A stretch of 64,000 nt of DNA, taken from contig OZ024764.1 in assembly GCA_964016885.1 (NCBI GenBank), positions 11,222,001 to 11,286,000 on the forward strand. Reading direction: 5' to 3'. Below the pieces are notes generated by a model. That model worked only from the letters and a program-made list of their open reading frames with translations. It had not been told where the DNA came from and made no database searches. The stretch is from Eledone cirrhosa (taxonomy: Eukaryota). Positions within the stretch are counted from its first letter, which is position 1, and the number at the start of each line of letters is the position of its first letter. The translations under genes were made by a program, and so were the position numbers. Shown piece after piece: positions 1-10,981 of this stretch.

Positions 1-77
<77 letters not shown>

Positions 78-477
78 CATCGTCATCAGTCCAACCCATG
101 CAAGTGTGGAAAAGCAGACATAAAAACGATGATGATGATGATGATGACACACACACAGACACACACAGAAAGACAGACACACACATACAAAAGTAGATGT
201 TTTAAATGCTAGCATTCACATTATTTTATATATACTATTATATTTTCATGGTAAAGACTTTACCTCACATAATATCTCATATATCTCTATATATACTCGT
301 GTATAGGTCGCACTTTTTTAACGATAAATAAGTATAAATTTTTGGGGTACGACCTATCCGATCGACATCAGACTGACCAATGATTTTTCATATACTTAAT
401 CAACGATGGGTATTTATAAAAATAACTTTGTTAATGTTGTTTATTATTTAACATAATAATTTCATATATCGACCTTG

Positions 478-862
478 GCTTAGTGGTTAGAGCATTGGCC
501 TTGCAATCGAAAGGTTGTGAGTTCAATTCTCAGACCAGGTGATGTGTTGTTTCCTTGAGCAAGACACTTTATTTCACATTGTTCCAGTTTACTCAGCTGT
601 AGAAATGAGATGATAGAGACTGGGGTCCCTATCATTCCACTGCAAAGTGGTCGTGGAGGTGCCACAGCAAAAAAACACCCAGCACCCACTGCAAAGTGGT
701 CGTGGGGGTGCCACGGCAAAAAAGCACCCAGCATTCACTGTAAATGAGGTTGGTGTTAGGAAGGGCATCCAGCTGTAGAAATCAAGCCAGAATCAGTTCC
801 CGTCCCACCCTTGCAAGCAGGGAAAAGTGGACGTAAAATGAAATGATGATGATGATGAAATG
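478..862 (+). mobile_element. tRNA-derived SINE family A (CORE-like + Meta-like domain, RTE-type tail)
   Basis: A box tggcttagtgg, B box gagttcaattc, CORE-like ccttgagcaagacactt, aggaagggcatccagctgtagaaa, tail ggacgtaaaatga(tga)n. Near-identical copies at 21765-22085 and 48903-49305. Confidence 0.9.
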
Positions 863-1218
863 ATGACCTTCTTATACATATATTTCTTGATTTTAAATTT
901 TTTACTAAAACTTCGTAGTGTTTTCGTTTTTTTCTATCTGACCGAACCATCCGTCATTAAAATCCATAGAAATGCACACCCGGTATTTACAATGTGATTT
1001 CATTGTCTTAGCGTTGCTATGAACACGTATTGTGACGTATTTACTTTAACAGGAAACAGATTATTGCACGTGACGTATTTACTTTAACAGGAAACAGATT
1101 ATTGCACGTGACGTTTCTTTTCAAAATTAGCAAGTGAGAAAAGTTGGTAGTTGAATTTTTTTTTATAATTCACTGAGAAATATGAATTCCGGTAAGAGAA
1201 AAAGTTATCAAACAGTTT

Positions 1219-1490
1219 TCAAGTTAAAGGTGGTTGGTTATGAGGAAGAATTTGGAAATAGGTGTGAACATGTATTGGTGTTGTATCTTTCAACCACGTT
1301 GCTGTAATATTTTCAATGGTGTCCGTCAGATCTTCGCTTTCACTTTCAAAGTAACTATCATCGTCAGAAATAAATACGTCTGATTCATTTGAAGATAAAT
1401 CACTAATATTATCTTGTGTTTCTTTTTCATTTCGAATGTTGTCGCATGTAAAACCTTCAAAGTCGGTATTCACTACTTTGGGAAGCCATG
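1219..1490 (-). pseudogene. Acidic transposase N-terminal-like relic
   Basis: Frameshifted ATG at ~1490 followed by DFEGF...SDDDSYFESESED...TW, inside the TIR element. Resembles the acidic N-terminus of piggyBac-type transposases. No catalytic domain present. Confidence 0.3.
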
Positions 1491-2039
1491 TTGATATGCT
1501 AAAAGTCTGTTATACTTTCAACGTTAAAACACACGTGTTATTTCAAGTTGTTTCACTATATTAAGAGTTAATTTTCGTGCTTAAAGGCTTTATCTCGCAG
1601 TAATCTCGAATTGACGAGATTTCAATGACGTTAATATTTATTTTATAAATAAAACATGGTTTGGAGTATATATCGCAACGGTGAAGTAATGGAAAACTAA
1701 CAGATTATTAGTTTCAATTATCATAAACAATAGTAGTTTGACGGCCCAAATTTCAGTGCGACCTATCTGTGAGTCAATGGCAAGTAGTCTATTTGTTAAA
1801 TGAAAATTGGGTATGCGACCTATACGCGAGTATATATGGTAATATCGAATCTATGAGATTTTGAAAGTATTTATTTTGAGAACAATACCTGAACATCAGT
1901 TTGAGCGACCAGTTACAGCCAGTTTCAACAGAAAGAGGGAGAGAATTCTGGCCGGTTTGAACACTAAAGGGTTAAAGCATTAACTGAAAAAGTACTCAAT
2001 AGATGTGATTTATTGAATAGACTTCAAAGTTGCAAGAAA

Positions 2040-2090
2040 TGCTCTATCTGATGAACTCGTGTGATTGAAGCAGTTGTAGTCCTGTAAAAG
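2040..2090 (+). ncRNA. Decayed hammerhead-like motif
   Basis: CTGATGA (2048-2054)...GAAG(sic)CAGTTGTAGTCCTGTA. Same downstream sequence as the motif at 10858. GAAA is mutated and stem I is weak. Confidence 0.3.
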
Positions 2091-2494
2091 CCATTTCTAT
2101 ATAAAATAAAAAATACCTATACTCTATACTCTACCAATGTATTGAGTACCTTTTTTTAACACTGTGGTTAATCCTCTCCTTCCTGTTAAAAGCATCCATA
2201 TATATATATATCTAAAGCCTGTCTTAATCCAGAAGGCTCATTTGGCTGATGCTTATCTCGGTTTCCCGTCTAACCCATTCTATCATGGAATATGATGTAT
2301 TTTAATTATGTCTCATATAAAATAATACAACTGGCTATTCACAAAATACATATAGTTAGCACCCCAAATGTAAAATTGGGATTATACTAAGGTATATCCT
2401 AATGTTTGTTGAGTGAGATGGAAGCCAGTCAGAGTATAGCTTAAAGCTTTCTCTGTTAATGTATTAAATATATATATATATAGTAATAATAATA

Positions 2495-2635
2495 AATTTG
2501 AAGACTAAAATCCAAAGAGGGCTCGATAAGGATAAATATATATCAAATATATAAGAACCGTAGAGCAAAAGATCCCGTTAAGAGTGAAAGAAGCGATTCT
2601 TTGCTTAAACTTTAATCTGTTATTTTAATAAATAA

Positions 2636-2673
<38 letters not shown>

Positions 2674-2830
2674 ATGTGTGTGTGTGTATAAATAATAATA
2701 AATATAATAATACAAGGATGGTTTGTTATGTCTTCATTACGTTTAGTGATTGGTGACATGTGTTTCACTATTGATCAGCTCAAGGTTCGATCTGTATCGT
2801 CAAACCTCTGCTTTTACCAATTAATAAACG
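2495..2830. mobile_element. Dispersed TA-associated repeat (Penelope-like pLTR fragments)
   Basis: 2495-2570 and 2715-2800 match 9040-9230; 2570-2636 matches 37947-38013 inverted. Minus strand carries GGT-TTGACGA...GAAACACATGTC-ACC, a decayed hammerhead. Confidence 0.5.
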
Positions 2831-2861
2831 TAATGAAGGCTTAACAAATCGTCCTTGTATT

Positions 2862-2920
<59 letters not shown>

Positions 2921-3122
2921 GTATATTACACTCTGTCTAGCTCTACCTCTTGCTACTGGCGTGAACCCAAACATTGAGTGCTCACCTGGGTGAACTACAG
3001 TAACTTCACGTTACACTCCCTGGAGGGTGTGGTAAGATACCAGGTGGACCATAATGCACCAGAGTACTCAATACTAAGGGTAGTAAAGTGGGTAATGGGA
3101 AAAGAGTATTCATACTAGTGGC

Positions 3123-3183
3123 TTAGTTTAGATCTAGCTGTCGAATGGCCGGAGCTCAGCCGTTGGGGTCCTAACTCTTTTCC

Positions 3184-3233
<50 letters not shown>

Positions 3234-3293
3234 GGAAAAGAGTTAGGACCCCGACGGCTGAGCTCCGGCCATTCGACAGCTAGATCTAAACTA

Positions 3294-3294
<1 letters not shown>
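3123..3294. repeat. Near-perfect fold-back palindrome with (TA)n centre
   Basis: ttagtttagatctagctgtcg...cctatatat / atatatagg...cgacagctagatctaaactaa; one mismatch seen. Arm sequence also occurs at 9705-9870, 10120-10306 and 11895-11966. Confidence 0.95.
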
Positions 3295-3325
<31 letters not shown>

Positions 3326-3417
3326 TTAAATATAAATGTGAAAAGTAAACTGAAAATTGCAAACAATACAGTACAATTAATATATATATTAGTTTATCCC
3401 TTGATACAGTAAGAAAA

Positions 3418-3460
3418 GAGTTTTAACGTTTCGGATGCTAGTCCTTCATCAGAGCATAGA
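3418..3460 (-). ncRNA. Minimal hammerhead-like motif, stem I decayed
   Basis: Minus strand CUGAUGA-A-GGA-cuagca-UCC-GAAACGUUA. Core and stem II intact, palindromic AACGUU at stem III, poor stem I pairing. Confidence 0.5.
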
Positions 3461-3736
3461 ATGAGAAATAAAAGAAGAAATAAAAACCTAGAGGAGAGAG
3501 AGAAGAGGAAGAAATGCAAAAAAACAAAAACATGTTTTCTTCTTGAGAAAAAGCACGAGTTTGTTCAGTTAGCCATACTTATATAATACATATAGAAATA
3601 TGATGGCAGTTGACTTTTTAAATGATGACAAAATTAAGAACTGAACTGGAAAAAAAAAAAAAAAATTATTTAATTTAATCTGTAAAAAAAAATATTTTTT
3701 TATCTGTCAATTGAAATCATTCTAATCTTACTTTAC

Positions 3737-3838
3737 CTGTCAACTGTTGACTTCTTCCACTGTCTTCTTTTTATCTCGTTAACCTGTTGTCACTTCTCTC
3801 TCTCTCTTTCACTCTGTATCTGCAAAATATCTTCTTAC
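3737..3838 (-). other. Candidate non-coding exon / recursive splice site
   Basis: Minus strand tcactttttgttccAG|GTAAGA at 3838, with tttaac ~25 nt upstream; downstream donor CAG|GTAAAG at 3737. 102 nt, stops in all three frames. Confidence 0.4.
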
Positions 3839-3967
3839 CTGGAACAAAAAGTGATATCTTTATGTTAAAACAATTTCTTTGTTTCTTTTTGCTGTTCATT
3901 TTTCTTACCCTTTTTTTTTTTCTTTTCGAGATGTCAAAATGTCAGGTGAAAGTCTACTATCAAACGT

Positions 3968-4015
3968 AGGTGAGAGGTCATGATTCGTGGGTCAAAGGTC
4001 ATAGTTCGTAGGTCA
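3968..4015 (+). promoter_or_regulatory. Array of seven nuclear-receptor-like half-sites at 7-bp period (chained DR1)
   Basis: AGGTGA g AGGTCA t GATTCG t GGGTCA a AGGTCA t AGTTCG t AGGTCA. Confidence 0.45.
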
Positions 4016-4169
4016 TACATCAGAAATAGTCTCCTGTCTTTTTGTCAATCTAAAGTAATCTTCTATAGTAATCAGTGGAAATCTTCATTGATTTTTAACC
4101 CTTTTGATATCAACCCACTTAATACTGTCTCTGATTCTGGGAAACAAAACCACCCATTCTAATGGGTTC

Positions 4170-4390
4170 CTTCTTCTTCGCCCACTTATTCTTTTGAGGC
4201 TCGTGGATGGCAGAGTCCTCAAACACTCCCTCTAACGGGTCCTGTCAGAAGCAACCGTCTCCAACTGATCCGGCTGGATCCCCAAGCATGACCAGCCAAA
4301 CTCATGGATGTTGTCCAACCATCTTGCTTGGAGTCTACCCCTGGGTCTCGTACCTGTTGGTTTCACTGTAAAATCTGTCCAGCGATTCTT
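4170..4390 (-). mobile_element. RTE-clade LINE 3' end (ORF C-terminus and tail)
   Basis: Minus strand KPTGTRPRGRLQARWLDNIHE...DRTR*, the typical RTE C-terminal G.RPRGR...RW.D motif; (gaa)n tail. Confidence 0.8.
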
Positions 4391-5262
4391 TCCTGAGACA
4401 TTCTAACCACATGTCTGTAGTATCAGAGCTGTGATCTCTCAATTCAGAGATTCTTTCCTCAGACATTCTAACCACATGTCTGTAGTATCAGAGCTGTGAT
4501 CTCTCAATTCAGAGATTCTTTCCTCAAACATTCTAACTACATGTCTGTAGTATCAGAGCTGTGATCTCTCAATTCAGAGATTCTTTCCTGAGATATTCTA
4601 ACCACATGTCTGTAGTATCAGAGCTGTGATCTCTCAATTCAGAGATTCTTTCCTCAAACATTCTAACCACATGTCTGTAGTATCAGAGCTGTGATCTCTC
4701 AATTCAGAGATTCTTTCCTCAAACATTCTAACCACATGTCTGTAGTATCAGAGCTGTGATCTCTCAATTCAGAGATTCTTTCCTCAGACATTCTAACCAC
4801 ATGTCTATAGTATCAGAGCTGTGATCTCTCAATTCAGAGATTCTTTCCTCAGACATTCTAACCACATGTCTGTAGTATCAGAGCTGTGATCTCTCAATTC
4901 AGAGATTCTTTCCAGAGACATTCTAACCACATGTCTGTAGTATCGGAGCTGTGATCTCTCAATTCAGAGATTCTTTCCTGAGACATTCCAACCACATGTC
5001 TGTAGTATCAGAGCTGTGATCTCTCAATTCAGAGATTCTTTCCTGAGACATTCTAACCCCATGTCTGTAGTATCGGAGCTGTGATCTCTCAATTCAGAGA
5101 TTCTTTCCTGAGACATTCTAACCACATGTCTGTAGTATCAGAGCTGTGATCTCTCAATTCAGAGATTCTTTCCTGAGACATTCTAACCACATGTCTGTTG
5201 TATCAGAGCTGTGACCTCTCAATTCAGAGATTCTTTCCTGAGACATTCTAACCACATGTCCA
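4385..5262. repeat. 65-bp tandem satellite (~13 units) derived from RTE ORF
   Basis: Period 65 (ttctaaccac at 4401, 4466...). Minus strand reads IERSQL*YY(R/G)HVVRMSQERI and continues directly into the RTE end at 4170-4390. Confidence 0.95.
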
Positions 5263-6178
5263 TAAGAATGAAAGGCAATATTAATCTCAGCAGGATTTGA
5301 ACTCAGAGCATTGAAATTCATAACTAAATACCGCAAAGCATTTCGACAGATGCTCTACCAATTCTGCCAATCTACTACCTTGCCCTTTAATAATAATAAT
5401 ACTAATAATTGTTTTTACTTTAGGCACAAGGCGAGCAAATACTCACTACACTACTGGTACTTTATTTTATCGACCCTGTAAGGATGAAAGGCAAAGTTAA
5501 CCTTGGCGGGATTTGAACTCAGACCGTAAAGGGACATAACTGTGCTAGAAAGCATGGCGTCCAACCCTCTACTGATACTGCCAATTATACTAATAATTGT
5601 TTCTACTTTAGGCACAAGGCCAGCAATTATCCAGTGCATTACTGGTACTTTATTTTATCGACCCCGTAAGGATGAAAGGCAAAGTCAACCTCGGCGGGAT
5701 TTGAACTCAGATCATAAAGGGACGTAACTCTGCTGGAAAGCATGGCGTCCGACCCTCTACCGATACTGCCAATCCACCGCCCTATTATACTAATAATAAT
5801 GGTTTCTTGTATAGGCACAAGGCCAGCAATTTTGGGGGAGGGGAAAGTCAATTAAATCAACCCTAGTGCGTGACTGGTACTTTATTTTATCGACCACGTA
5901 AGGATGAAAGGCAAAATGAACTCAGACCGTAAAGGGACGTAACTCTATGCTGGAAAGCAGGGTGTCTGACACTCTACCGATACTGCCATAATAATAATTG
6001 TTTCTACTTTTAGCACAAGGCCAGCAATTATCCCAGTACATTACTGGTACTTTATTTTATCGACTACGTAAGGATGAAAGGCAAAGTTAACCTCGGAGGG
6101 ATTTGCACTCAGACCGTAAAGGGACGTAACTCTATGATGGAAAGCGTGGCATCCGAGCCTTTACCGATTCTGTCTAAT
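5263..6178 (-). mobile_element. Cluster of ~5 head-to-tail SINE family B copies (Nin/Deu-like domain)
   Basis: Repeated reverse complement of ggattggcagtatcggtagag...gagttcaaatcccgccgagg...gcctttcatcc...gggtcgataaaataaagtaccag...ggccttgtgcc. Confidence 0.85.
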
Positions 6179-6764
6179 AATAATGTTTTTATTGGCCACA
6201 AGGGCACAACAGTGTTGGGAGCAATACAAGGATGGAAAGCAACACAACACAACACAGCGCTTACGTAGAGTAACGGAAGGGGAAGGAGAGAGAAATTGAC
6301 AAAAGGAAAATAGTTGATACAACAATAAAAAAATAACAATGGTGGTAATAAATAATGGTAATAATAATAATAATAGCAACAACAACAAATGGAATAGAAT
6401 TAAATAAGTACTTAATATCTGCTGATAGTCTTTTTTTTTGGTCTTTTTAAGATTTCCCTCTGGTATTAAAACTGAAATAGCAGTTAAATTGAAGGAGATA
6501 GAGAGAGAGATAGAGAGAGAAGAGGAGATAGAGAGAGAAGAGGAGATAGAGATAGGTGAGCGAGAGAGAGAGGGTCTTCTTTCTCTCCTCTCTATCTCTC
6601 TTTGGGATGATAAATAAAAAAAACTAACTAAGAATGATTTCATCCATAAAACCAGTGAAATATTAACTATTTCTGGCATTGTAGGTTTTGTCTTGGTTTT
6701 CTTATTGTTGTGTTAACTATTTCTTTTGTTTTATTGTTTTATTTCTTCACACACTTCCTTGTTC

Positions 6765-6799
<35 letters not shown>

Positions 6800-7237
6800 C
6801 CCGACCCGCAGTTAACAAGAATTTTCCGAAATGGGTATAATAATTGATTAAAAAGTCGACATTATTTCAAGGAGGAATAAAGAGCAACTCAAATACTACA
6901 GTAAATTTTCATAGATTCCCCTGCGAATATCTCAACAAACCCTTGAATATAACTGAGAAATATAAATGGCTGTCTGTCTGAATGAGTGAGTGAGGGTCAG
7001 GTCTGGGGGGGTTAGAGTTTGGTGTTGCTTACTTTTTTTTTATAGGCTGTAAAACTATCGTTAAATACTAAAGAAGGCAGACATTTTGTTTTTACGGCTT
7101 CCATTTTTATTTCTTCTTCCTTGTACTGTACTTGTATATCTTCTGTCTGTGTGTCTCTGTCTAGGTCTGGGAGTCTTGTGTGTCTCTCTGTGTGGCTTGC
7201 ATCAGGAATTTGGAGCTTGGAGTAGATACTGGACCAC

Positions 7238-7804
7238 CATATACACATGCATATATGCATATATATATATACACACTTATATGTATGTATGTATATATGT
7301 ACACACACACACACACATACATACATATATATATATATATAATATATATGTATGTATATGTGTGTATGTATATATATGTATGTGTATGTATTTGTATGTA
7401 TATATATGTGTATGTATTTGTATATGTATGTATATATATATATGTATGTGTATGTATATATATATGTATGTGTATGTATATATATATGTATGTGCATGTA
7501 TATATATATATATATGTATGTATGTGCATGTATATATATATATATATGTATGTATGTGCATGTATATATATATATGTATGTATGTATGTGTATATATGTG
7601 TGTATGTATATATATGTGTGTATGTATATATATGTGTACATACATATATATGTATGTATATGTATATATATATATCTATATAAGTATATCTATATAAATG
7701 TAAATATATCTATCTATCTATCTATATATATATATCTACACACACATATATATATATACATTTTCACACATGCATACATATATACACGCACACACACAAA
7801 CACA

Positions 7805-7843
<39 letters not shown>
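7238..7843. repeat. (TA/TG/CA)n compound microsatellite
   Basis: Dinucleotide tract; overlapping YI/CV/HT ORFs are artefacts. Confidence 0.95.
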
Positions 7844-7845
<2 letters not shown>

Positions 7846-8226
7846 GTGGAGAACACAAGAAACCAGAGTCTCTTAATAAGCAAAGCAGCATACTGTCTCT
7901 TATAATGTCTAGCATAATAAAATATTGGTTATCTATTAGGGCTGATACAGGGGGTAGGGGTGCCGAAGGTGGTATGGAGCAGGTGAGCATGCCCCTCCCC
8001 TGTCACATCCCATGATCCTATTAACATTATTATTGTCATTATCACCATCATTATTGTTTTAGGTGCAAGGATAGGACAATTTATTTATTTATTTATTTAT
8101 TATTTTTGGGTGGGGAGGTGGGTGGGGTGGGGTTTGGGGTTTGGGGAGGGCAAAGTTGATTATCAACCCCAGAGTTGATTTATCAACCCCAGGAGGACTA
8201 AAGGCAGAGTATTTAGTAGATATATA

Positions 8227-8258
<32 letters not shown>

Positions 8259-8321
8259 GTAATGTGTTTTTACTTTTGGCACAAGGCCAGCAATTATCCC
8301 AGTGCATTATATAGTAATAAT

Positions 8322-8510
8322 GGGGGTGGTGGATTGGCAGTATCGGTAGAGGGTCGGACGCCATTCTTTGACGTATAGAGGTACGACCCTTGCCATTCTG
8401 AGTACAAATCCCGCCGAGGTTAACTTTGCCTTTCATCCTCACTGGGTCGATAAAATAAAGTACCAGTAATGCACTGGGTAATTGCTGGCCTTGTGCCAAA
8501 AGTAGAAACA
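8322..8510 (+). mobile_element. SINE family B full copy with 16-bp target-site duplication
   Basis: Head-to-tail copy flanked by attatatagtaataat at 8306-8321 and 8511-8526. Confidence 0.9.
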
Positions 8511-8526
8511 ATTATATAGTAATAAT

Positions 8527-9010
8527 GATTTCTTTATTAACCACAAGGGTTTACATAAAGTAGACATTAAGGACAGTGCAGGACAATACAGGACGGTACA
8601 AATGGGCATTTCTGCGTGTAAAGAACAAAAACAGAGGATGTAACAAAAAAATAACAATGAAAAATTCCCAAATAGGGGGGAGACTTCGGAGGGACATTTG
8701 TGGAGAAAGCCCAGTAAAAGGCCACAGTGACCCTGACCACCAAGGCAAGTGCCCTCTCCCAGTTTTCCACCTTTAATTTACAGATACGTACTCAGAGTAG
8801 GCCCATTCACTCGGGCCATTCTTGCTTCTCTCACCCATCTTTCAACAAAATGCTGGGAAGAGAGCACTTCCCTCTCTACCCTGATTTTCCTTTTCAAATG
8901 AAATTTGAAAAAGTTAATCAGGGCATCACCGAAGAGGTAAGTGCTCGTCTTCAGCCCTTTCAAACGTGTCCGCCATACTATCTCTTTCGCCATGGCCACC
9001 AGACAGATAA
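8527..9010 (-). mobile_element. 5'-truncated L1/Tx1-type LINE (ORF2 C-terminus + 3'UTR) with 21-bp TSD
   Basis: Minus ORF AKEIVWRTRLK...FVERW fits the AK..IW..R and F...W pattern of L1/Tx1 ORF2 ends. Tail cccttgtggttaataaagaaa. aaacaattatatagtaataat at 8506-8526 and 9011-9031. Confidence 0.7.
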
Positions 9011-9182
9011 AAACAATTATATAGTAATAATAATAAATGTGAAGACTAAAATCCAAAGAGGGCTTGATAAGGATAAATATATATCAAATATATAAGAACC
9101 ATAGAGCAAATATTTATTAAAATAACAGATTAAAGTTTAAGCCTACAAGGACAAATGGTTACTCCTTCATTACGTTTATTGG

Positions 9183-9272
9183 TTGGTGATGCGTGTTTCG
9201 CTATTGATCAGCTTAAGGTTCGATCTGTATTGATCTAGCCCGACTCTGGAATCAAAAGCTAATCGGACCTCT
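9183..9272 (-). ncRNA. Decayed type I hammerhead with long stem II
   Basis: Minus strand GGU-CCGAUUA(core decayed)-GCUUUUGAU...AUCAAUAGC-GAAAC-ACGC-AUC-ACC. Stems I and II pair; core boxes mutated. Confidence 0.45.
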
Positions 9273-9288
9273 GCAGTAATAATGATAT

Positions 9289-9670
9289 CTATCTAAGGCG
9301 GGTAAAATTCCCGAGATCCATGGACGAGTTCTCTCCAGCGGTCTCTGTCCCTCATTATCGCTGCCATATCCTGCATCTCCAACAGACCAGTGTCTGTCCT
9401 TAGGGCATCAACATATGTTAACCTTGGTCTTCCTCTTCTAGTGTGTCCATGTAGGGGCTCCCAAAGGAGCACTGAGTGCAATGTCAACTCTGGATGTCGG
9501 TGAGCATGTCCAGCCAACGTCAGTCTCCTTTGTGGAGTCTGTGCTGCTGTATGGGTCTGAGACTTGGACACTGACCAAGAGACTCACTCAGATGGTGGAT
9601 GGGTGCTACACGAGAATGCTGAGGATGGCTCTGAACATTAATCAGTATACACTGAGGATGAAAAACTCAG
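9289..9670. mobile_element. RTE-clade LINE insertion with 5' inversion
   Basis: 9293-~9525 minus: RRLTLAGH...LLWEP..GHTRRGRPRLTYVDAL. ~9525-9670 plus: VESVLLYGSETWTLTK...DGCYTRMLRMALNI. Candidate TSD taatgatat at 9280-9288 and 9671-9679. Confidence 0.85.
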
Positions 9671-9702
9671 TAATGATATATATATATATATACATACATA
9701 CA

Positions 9703-9870
9703 TCTAGCTAGATTCCCGCTGTTCTAATACTGGTGGCTTAGTTCAGATCTAACTGTTGAAACGGTTGGAGCTCAGCCATCGGGTCCTGAATCTTTTCTTA
9801 TTACCCACTCTACTACCCTAAGTATTGAGTACTCTGTATGGTCCATCTGGTTGCTTACCACATTTTCTTT
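9703..9870 (+). mobile_element. Penelope-like pLTR fragment with 3' half of a hammerhead
   Basis: ctagctagattcc...gatcta(a/g)ctg stem, then GAAA-cgg..-loop-..cc(g)TC (clearest at 10264-10286, GAAACGGCT...AGCCGTC). The CUGANGA box is absent, truncated at the TA tract. Confidence 0.45.
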
Positions 9871-9894
9871 GTTTGTTATATATGTATATATGAA

Positions 9895-9935
<41 letters not shown>

Positions 9936-10190
9936 AAACGAAGGTCCATGGTTCTAACCCCTATTTTTCCTATCTCAGTCATTTTGCTACTGTAAGTTCC
10001 CTTTCCAACCACAAGGTCCAGGTTTCTAACTCCTATCTTTATATATATATATAAATAAATATACAAACACACGTAGCATATTATTATTGTTTATGTATAT
10101 ATATATATATGTAGCAAGGGAAAAATGGTAAGGAACCAGGTGGAGCATAACGCACCAAAGTACTCAATACTTAGGGTAGTAGAGTGGGTA

Positions 10191-10301
10191 ATAGGAGTAA
10201 GTAAGACCCCGACGGCTGAGCTCAAGCCGTTTCGACGGCTAATTCTGTACAGAATTAGCCGTCGAAACGGCTTGAGCTCAGCCGTCGGGTTCTTACTTAC
10301 T

Positions 10302-10306
<5 letters not shown>
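10191..10306. repeat. 116-bp palindrome with no spacer
   Basis: ataggagtaagtaagac...aattctgt|acagaatt...tcttacttactcctat; one mismatch. Confidence 0.95.
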
Positions 10307-10334
<28 letters not shown>

Positions 10335-10409
10335 TGTAACTAAATGTTATACACAAATAAACTATATATATATGTATAGTTACATGTACATATGTATATG
10401 TGTATGTGT

Positions 10410-10981
10410 CTGTTGACTTTTGGAATATAGTTTAATAGTTTAAGAGAAATTTGAAGATAATGGTATGATATGCACTCAATATTTTGAACTGGTCTATAGA
10501 ATTCTCTAGGCCTTTGTCACTAAGTAGAACCTTAAAGAATTAGCTTTTAAAGAATTTCCCTTTTCTTTAAATCCATCAACCATGACTGACCCCCCAATGA
10601 TCTTATAGACACCTGAAATCTAGGCATTGTTAGATTAAGAGAAACTTAAAAATAAAGAGTGGCACCCCATCCTGAACTTGTTTATAGAATTCTTTCTGCC
10701 TTTGTTACTCTAAATATAAACTATAGCTTTGAAGAATTAGCTTTTAATGAATTCCCTTTTCTATCAACCAATGACCTACACCCATCCCACTCCCTACCCT
10801 CTCCTACCACCTGAAGAGACCTATAAATACCATATTTATTTTTTGATACCCAGATTCCTGATGATTTCTAAAGAATGAAACAGTTCTAGTCCTGTAGAAT
10901 CTCATCTATATTACAACTTTTGTACTCTGCTATGTATTGAATACCTTACTGTGGTTACCTCCGATTCAACCCGGAATAACG

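Larger units (their letters stand above)
287..1841. mobile_element. Non-autonomous TIR DNA transposon, Tc1/mariner-pogo type, inserted in the MITE
   Basis: Inverted ends atatactcgtgtataggtcgca (~291-312) and tgcgacctatacgcgagtatat (~1814-1835), internal cgacctat repeats (350, 1760), TA-rich borders. The MITE sequence resumes at 1840. Confidence 0.65.
202..1975. mobile_element. piggyBac-type (TTAA) MITE, interrupted by nested insertions
   Basis: Right end ...aacactaaaggg|TTAA (1961-1975). 211-280 and 1840-1971 are colinear with the left and right parts of the TTAA-flanked element at 46310-48614. Left end decayed. Confidence 0.7.

Noticed and set aside
478-540. tRNA gene-like sequences (also 37860-37922, 49240-49305)
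   Set aside because: SINE heads with A/B boxes; no complete cloverleaf or terminator.
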